Shown: positions 60,337 to 64,000 of the stretch, piece after piece
How the letters are laid out: every line of letters starts with the position of its first letter
Position numbering within the stretch: position 1 is the stretch's first letter
Assembly: GCA_951804945.1 (NCBI GenBank)
Contig: OX638155.1
Coordinates: forward strand, 5,642,001 to 5,706,000
Reading direction: 5' to 3'
Source: Podarcis cretensis
Lineage: Eukaryota
DNA: 64,000 nucleotides
Program-made: the position numbers and the translations under genes
Notes under the pieces: generated by a model
The model's database searches: none
What the model saw: the letters and a program-made list of their open reading frames with translations, nothing else
What the model was told of the DNA's origin: nothing

Positions 60337-63300
60337 CTCTGTGAGAAACTATTATTTGCAAAGGTTCTGAAGAGCTTAGGAATCTCTTAAATTAGTTTTA
60401 AAAATGAGTTCTTTTGAAGCATCAAAGAGAAACCCTCTGGGCCCATATCCTAAGGCAGGCAAATAGGGAAGTACAGCACAGATTAGAATTAAAGCACCGT
60501 AGAAAATTAGAAATTCCAAAGGGCCTAATTTTTACATCCTGAGTGGATATTTTAGAGATAGATTATTTATTTATTTATTTGGTTGGTTAAAGAAAAAAAA
60601 GAGAACTTTAAGAGGATCTAAGCAGATGAGCTAAGATTGCATGGGGGCAGATGGGAGAGAACCTGGCTTCTGTGCACATAGGAGACTTGCATTCTGTGAT
60701 AAAAGGAAACTGCCTGGTGGAATGTTGTTGCCTGGATTTTTAGACACCACCTGTCTGCAGGCCCCAGCAGGTCTCCCTGAACTGAACTGTCTGCTGTTAA
60801 ATAAAGGTCCAAGCATTTGTGGTGGTCAAAGCTCAGGCAACAGACATAAGTGTCCATAGCGCCAGTGATAAGCCCTTGAGCTCTCTGGGCAGGTTCTGTT
60901 TCGGAAACAAGCAGAGACACAAGCTCATTTATTTTTGCCTGTTCTAAGATTTGCTTTCCTAGCCTCCTGTTGGCCATAAGAGGTGAGACACAAAAATTCA
61001 GGTCAATGTGAGCATGAAATAAATCAGAGTCTACCTGGGGGGGGGGGAGGAGGAGGAGGAGGAAGACTTCTTAACCCTTTCATCTGCTCTAAAATGCTTC
61101 CCTAGTCATCTGTTCCACATCTTCTCAGGCTGTTTCTCCCCACAGGGAGCCACAGGAGGAAGAGAGGCACCTTGAGTAAAGGATTAGGCAGCCCCTTTCC
61201 CCTTGGGACCCTGCCTGTGGTCCTCTCAAGATTTTAGCCTCTCACAGGTGCTTTCCCTTCAAATCAAACTGTTGTATGAAAAAAGATCTGCAACTGTAGG
61301 AGTATAGAAAGCAGTCAGCATAAAAACCAGAATGAGAAGCTAAGGCTCTGCAAACAAGAAAACAAAAGAAAGTTACGTTTTCAAGGTGCCCCATAAAAGT
61401 TTATTGTGGTGATTGATTCTCAGCACATTTCTGAAAAAGTTTGCATATTTTTAGGGGCATTTATTTTTGTTGGAACACTGGTGTGCATAATATGCATATA
61501 AGATACAATAATTGCTAATGTTTTTAAGCAGAACTGTGGGGGAAGCTGGTTTCCCATTGAGATTAAGGAGGGAAACAAGATTTTTTTTGGGGGGGGGGAC
61601 CTGTGCATATTGAAAATCAAGACTCCATCCATACCCAAGATCCACCAACTGAAGCCAGGCGCAACAGGGGTTTACAGAAAAGAGCTACATATAATTAAGA
61701 AATAGAGCCTCTCTTAGCATGGTCATCTCAGGATTATTATTTTTTTTTTTTCGTACCAGAACTGAGCTCACAGTTCTGTCTCAGAAAAATCTACTCTGGG
61801 TCCTGCACTCTGCCTAAACATTCTTCCCCTTCGCAGCCAAATTGAGAACGAAAACAACAGCTGCTTGTTAAACAATTGGGAGTCAGGAACCCTCCCCAGA
61901 CAATCTACTGCAAATAACCCAGACGTCTGCCAGTAGATCTGGACATACCTTCTGCCCACCTCAGAGCTAGAGCAAGGCTAGGCAGAGGGCGAGTGGTGAG
62001 TGACTGGCAGAGTTCCTGCAGACCCTCTGTTGCCTGGTAGTTGCTGGACTTACATGGGTCTTGATACATGAAAGCACTTCTCACGTTCTCTAGCAAGAGG
62101 GCATAGAGGGGTTCAATCATGCGATTGACACAGACTGATCACTCAGTATCTTTTAACAGTTAAAGTATATGTGCTCTCTTTCTTTACAAATTTAATCTTC
62201 TGTGTGGGGCAACTGACGTTTGACTTAATAAATAAATTAACCAAAGACCATACAAAACTAGAGTCTGCCATTCCATGGACTTGGATGTTATTCTGGCACC
62301 CAGCTGCTATTTTTTATTTGAGGAGCCTGCTGTGCATAATAATCAAAGCCCATCTCATGCCAGAGGGCAGAAAAGCTTTAGCAGGGCAGCTCAATTGGAC
62401 GGTCTTTTCTCATTCGAGTTCCTCAGTCAAATTACAGCACAGAAGTGGGTTGGTAGGTCACTAAGAAGAGATAAGGCAGCGGAGAAGACAGATTGTCCTT
62501 TCCCGTTTTAAAAACACAACATGTTTAGGGGTATGTGTACCCCTGCATCCCCCCGGAAAAAGCACTATTTTAAACCCTTTATTAAAAACCCATGCATAAC
62601 TGCTAACTCCTGGACAGACTGTCTCTCCTCTAGCCAAAATCAAAATAGTTAAGTCCATTGGCACAATTTTATACCTCTTCCTGTTCCTCCTTGCTCTATT
62701 GTTGCTACACATTCAGTATTTTCATAGATTCTTCGTATTTTGGGAAGTCAAATGAAAAGGAAGCTCCAGAAATAAGCGTGGCACAAAGAAGTCCATAGAA
62801 GGGTATACAGGCAAATGTATTCATCACCAACAAAAGCTGAGTTTCAGGCCACAGATGGCTCATCTTCAGTGAATCTAAAATAAGTAGAAGCATTTGTATT
62901 TTATAAAATACAAATATGTCATTGTTTACTGTAAAAGGAGTGTTTATCTCTCATTAAAGCCAACTGTTAAAAAATGGAAAACTTAAGTCTATAGTGCAAA
63001 AATTACAGGGACACACCCCTAACCCACACGCCTGCACACACGCACCACTGCTGCAGTAACACAGCCGATTACAATGCAAGGCATACAAATGAGAGGTCAC
63101 AGAAGACACACAACACAGCACCCATGTGGCTCCCTGGCCATGAGGCTCCCTGCAAAAAGCACACAGCCTTTTTGGGATGAGGGTTCAACACCCACCTTTT
63201 TGCCAAGCATCCCAGGCATGCAACAAGGGCATAGTAAGATTGCTCCTAAGAGCTCTGAGTGTGCTAGCAAGCCTCTATTTGTTCTTGCCTAGAGTTTTCC

Positions 63301-63603
63301 CTTCCTCTCCACTCGGATCCTCTGGGCTTCAGGGGAAAGCAGGGATTTATTTTTGCCGGACTGCAGGATGCCACTTCTTCAAACCAGAGCTCTCTGCCTT
63401 GTGCGCATGCCAAAGAGCTTGCTGTTCATAAGAATTCTGGGGGTGGGGAGGTCGGCTGAGTGCATCTTCCCTAGATGATGTGTAGTCAAGACCCTAAAAT
63501 TATACATTGACATCTAGCAACGACTATGCTAAGAATTCGCCCTTCTGACTTTTCTCCCCCTTCCAATCTCCTTCTCTCAATCCCCCTCCCTGTGGTGGTG
63601 TAG

Positions 63604-63860
63604 AAGCCGCTGCCGCCGCCGCTGCAAATCCTGATGGAAATTCTACTCTGGGAGGAGGAGCAACAGCAGCAGGCACAATGGGCCTCAGCACCAGGTATGG
63701 CCCCCAGTTCACCCTGCAGCACGTCCCTGACTACAGACAGAACGTGTACATCCCTGGCAGCACAGCCACTCTCTCCAATTCTGCCGCCAAGCGGGATGGG
63801 AAACCTGCAGCCTCCGGAGGTGGAAACAAGAAGAAGTCAGGGAAGAAGGAGAAGAAGTAA
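63604..63860 (+). CDS. PCDHG: Protocadherin gamma constant exon 3 (coding part, to stop)
   Basis: TAG|AA GCC... gives [53 protein letters not shown]...KRDGK...[11 protein letters not shown], the hallmark Pcdh-gamma C-terminus. Confidence 0.97.
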
Positions 63861-64000
63861 GATTCGCAGGATGACATCGCTGCCACCTTAGATCTAAAGG
63901 GCAGACTCTTCCAGCATTCCCCCAATTCATAGCCTAGGATGGAGGATGAATGTGAATTTGTGGTTAACCATTTTTAAAAAATAAAAAAGTGTGGAACATG

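Noticed and set aside
61975-62375. CTCF-like CAGAGGGC cores in the last intron
   Set aside because: The 5' half of the motif mismatches. Too weak to call enhancer CTCF sites without a PWM scan or ChIP data.
63980-63985. AATAAA about 120 bp after the stop codon
   Set aside because: It lies in an A-rich run at the window edge. The downstream element cannot be seen and Pcdh-gamma 3'UTRs are usually much longer, so it is not called as the polyA site.
1-64000. CRISPR arrays, rRNA/tRNA genes, prokaryote-type systems
   Set aside because: Vertebrate locus with no repeat-spacer arrays. The only tRNA-like sequences are SINE heads.

Overview
Vertebrate genomic DNA from a squamate reptile. The Sauria SINE, BovB, CR1, L2 and Tc1/hAT MITE content suggests a lizard, possibly a lacertid; this is inference. 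The window covers the 3' end of the clustered protocadherin-gamma (PCDHG) locus, all on the + strand. In order: a decayed gamma-A-like variable exon (~275-1733), an intact gamma-B-like variable exon (2559-5000), and five C-type variable exons. These are gammaC3 (17052-19496), a divergent gammaC4-like exon (27481-29931), gammaC5 (31460-33910), and two further intact C-type exons (35043-37481, 38348-40783) with no counterpart at this position in human/mouse. Each intact variable exon encodes a signal peptide, six cadherin repeats, a TM segment and a variable cytoplasmic domain, and ends at a phase-0 GT donor. The three shared constant exons follow (44310-44368, 59 bp; 54680-54768, 89 bp; 63604-63860 stop). 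Constant exon 3 carries a 10-residue insertion, including an Ala7 run, relative to mammals. Introns and intergenic gaps hold TE relics and microsatellites. Most notable: the expanded C-type repertoire with distinct promoter architectures, the uncertain gammaC4 orthology, and the altered shared cytoplasmic tail. Comparisons to human proteins are from recalled sequence, not alignments.
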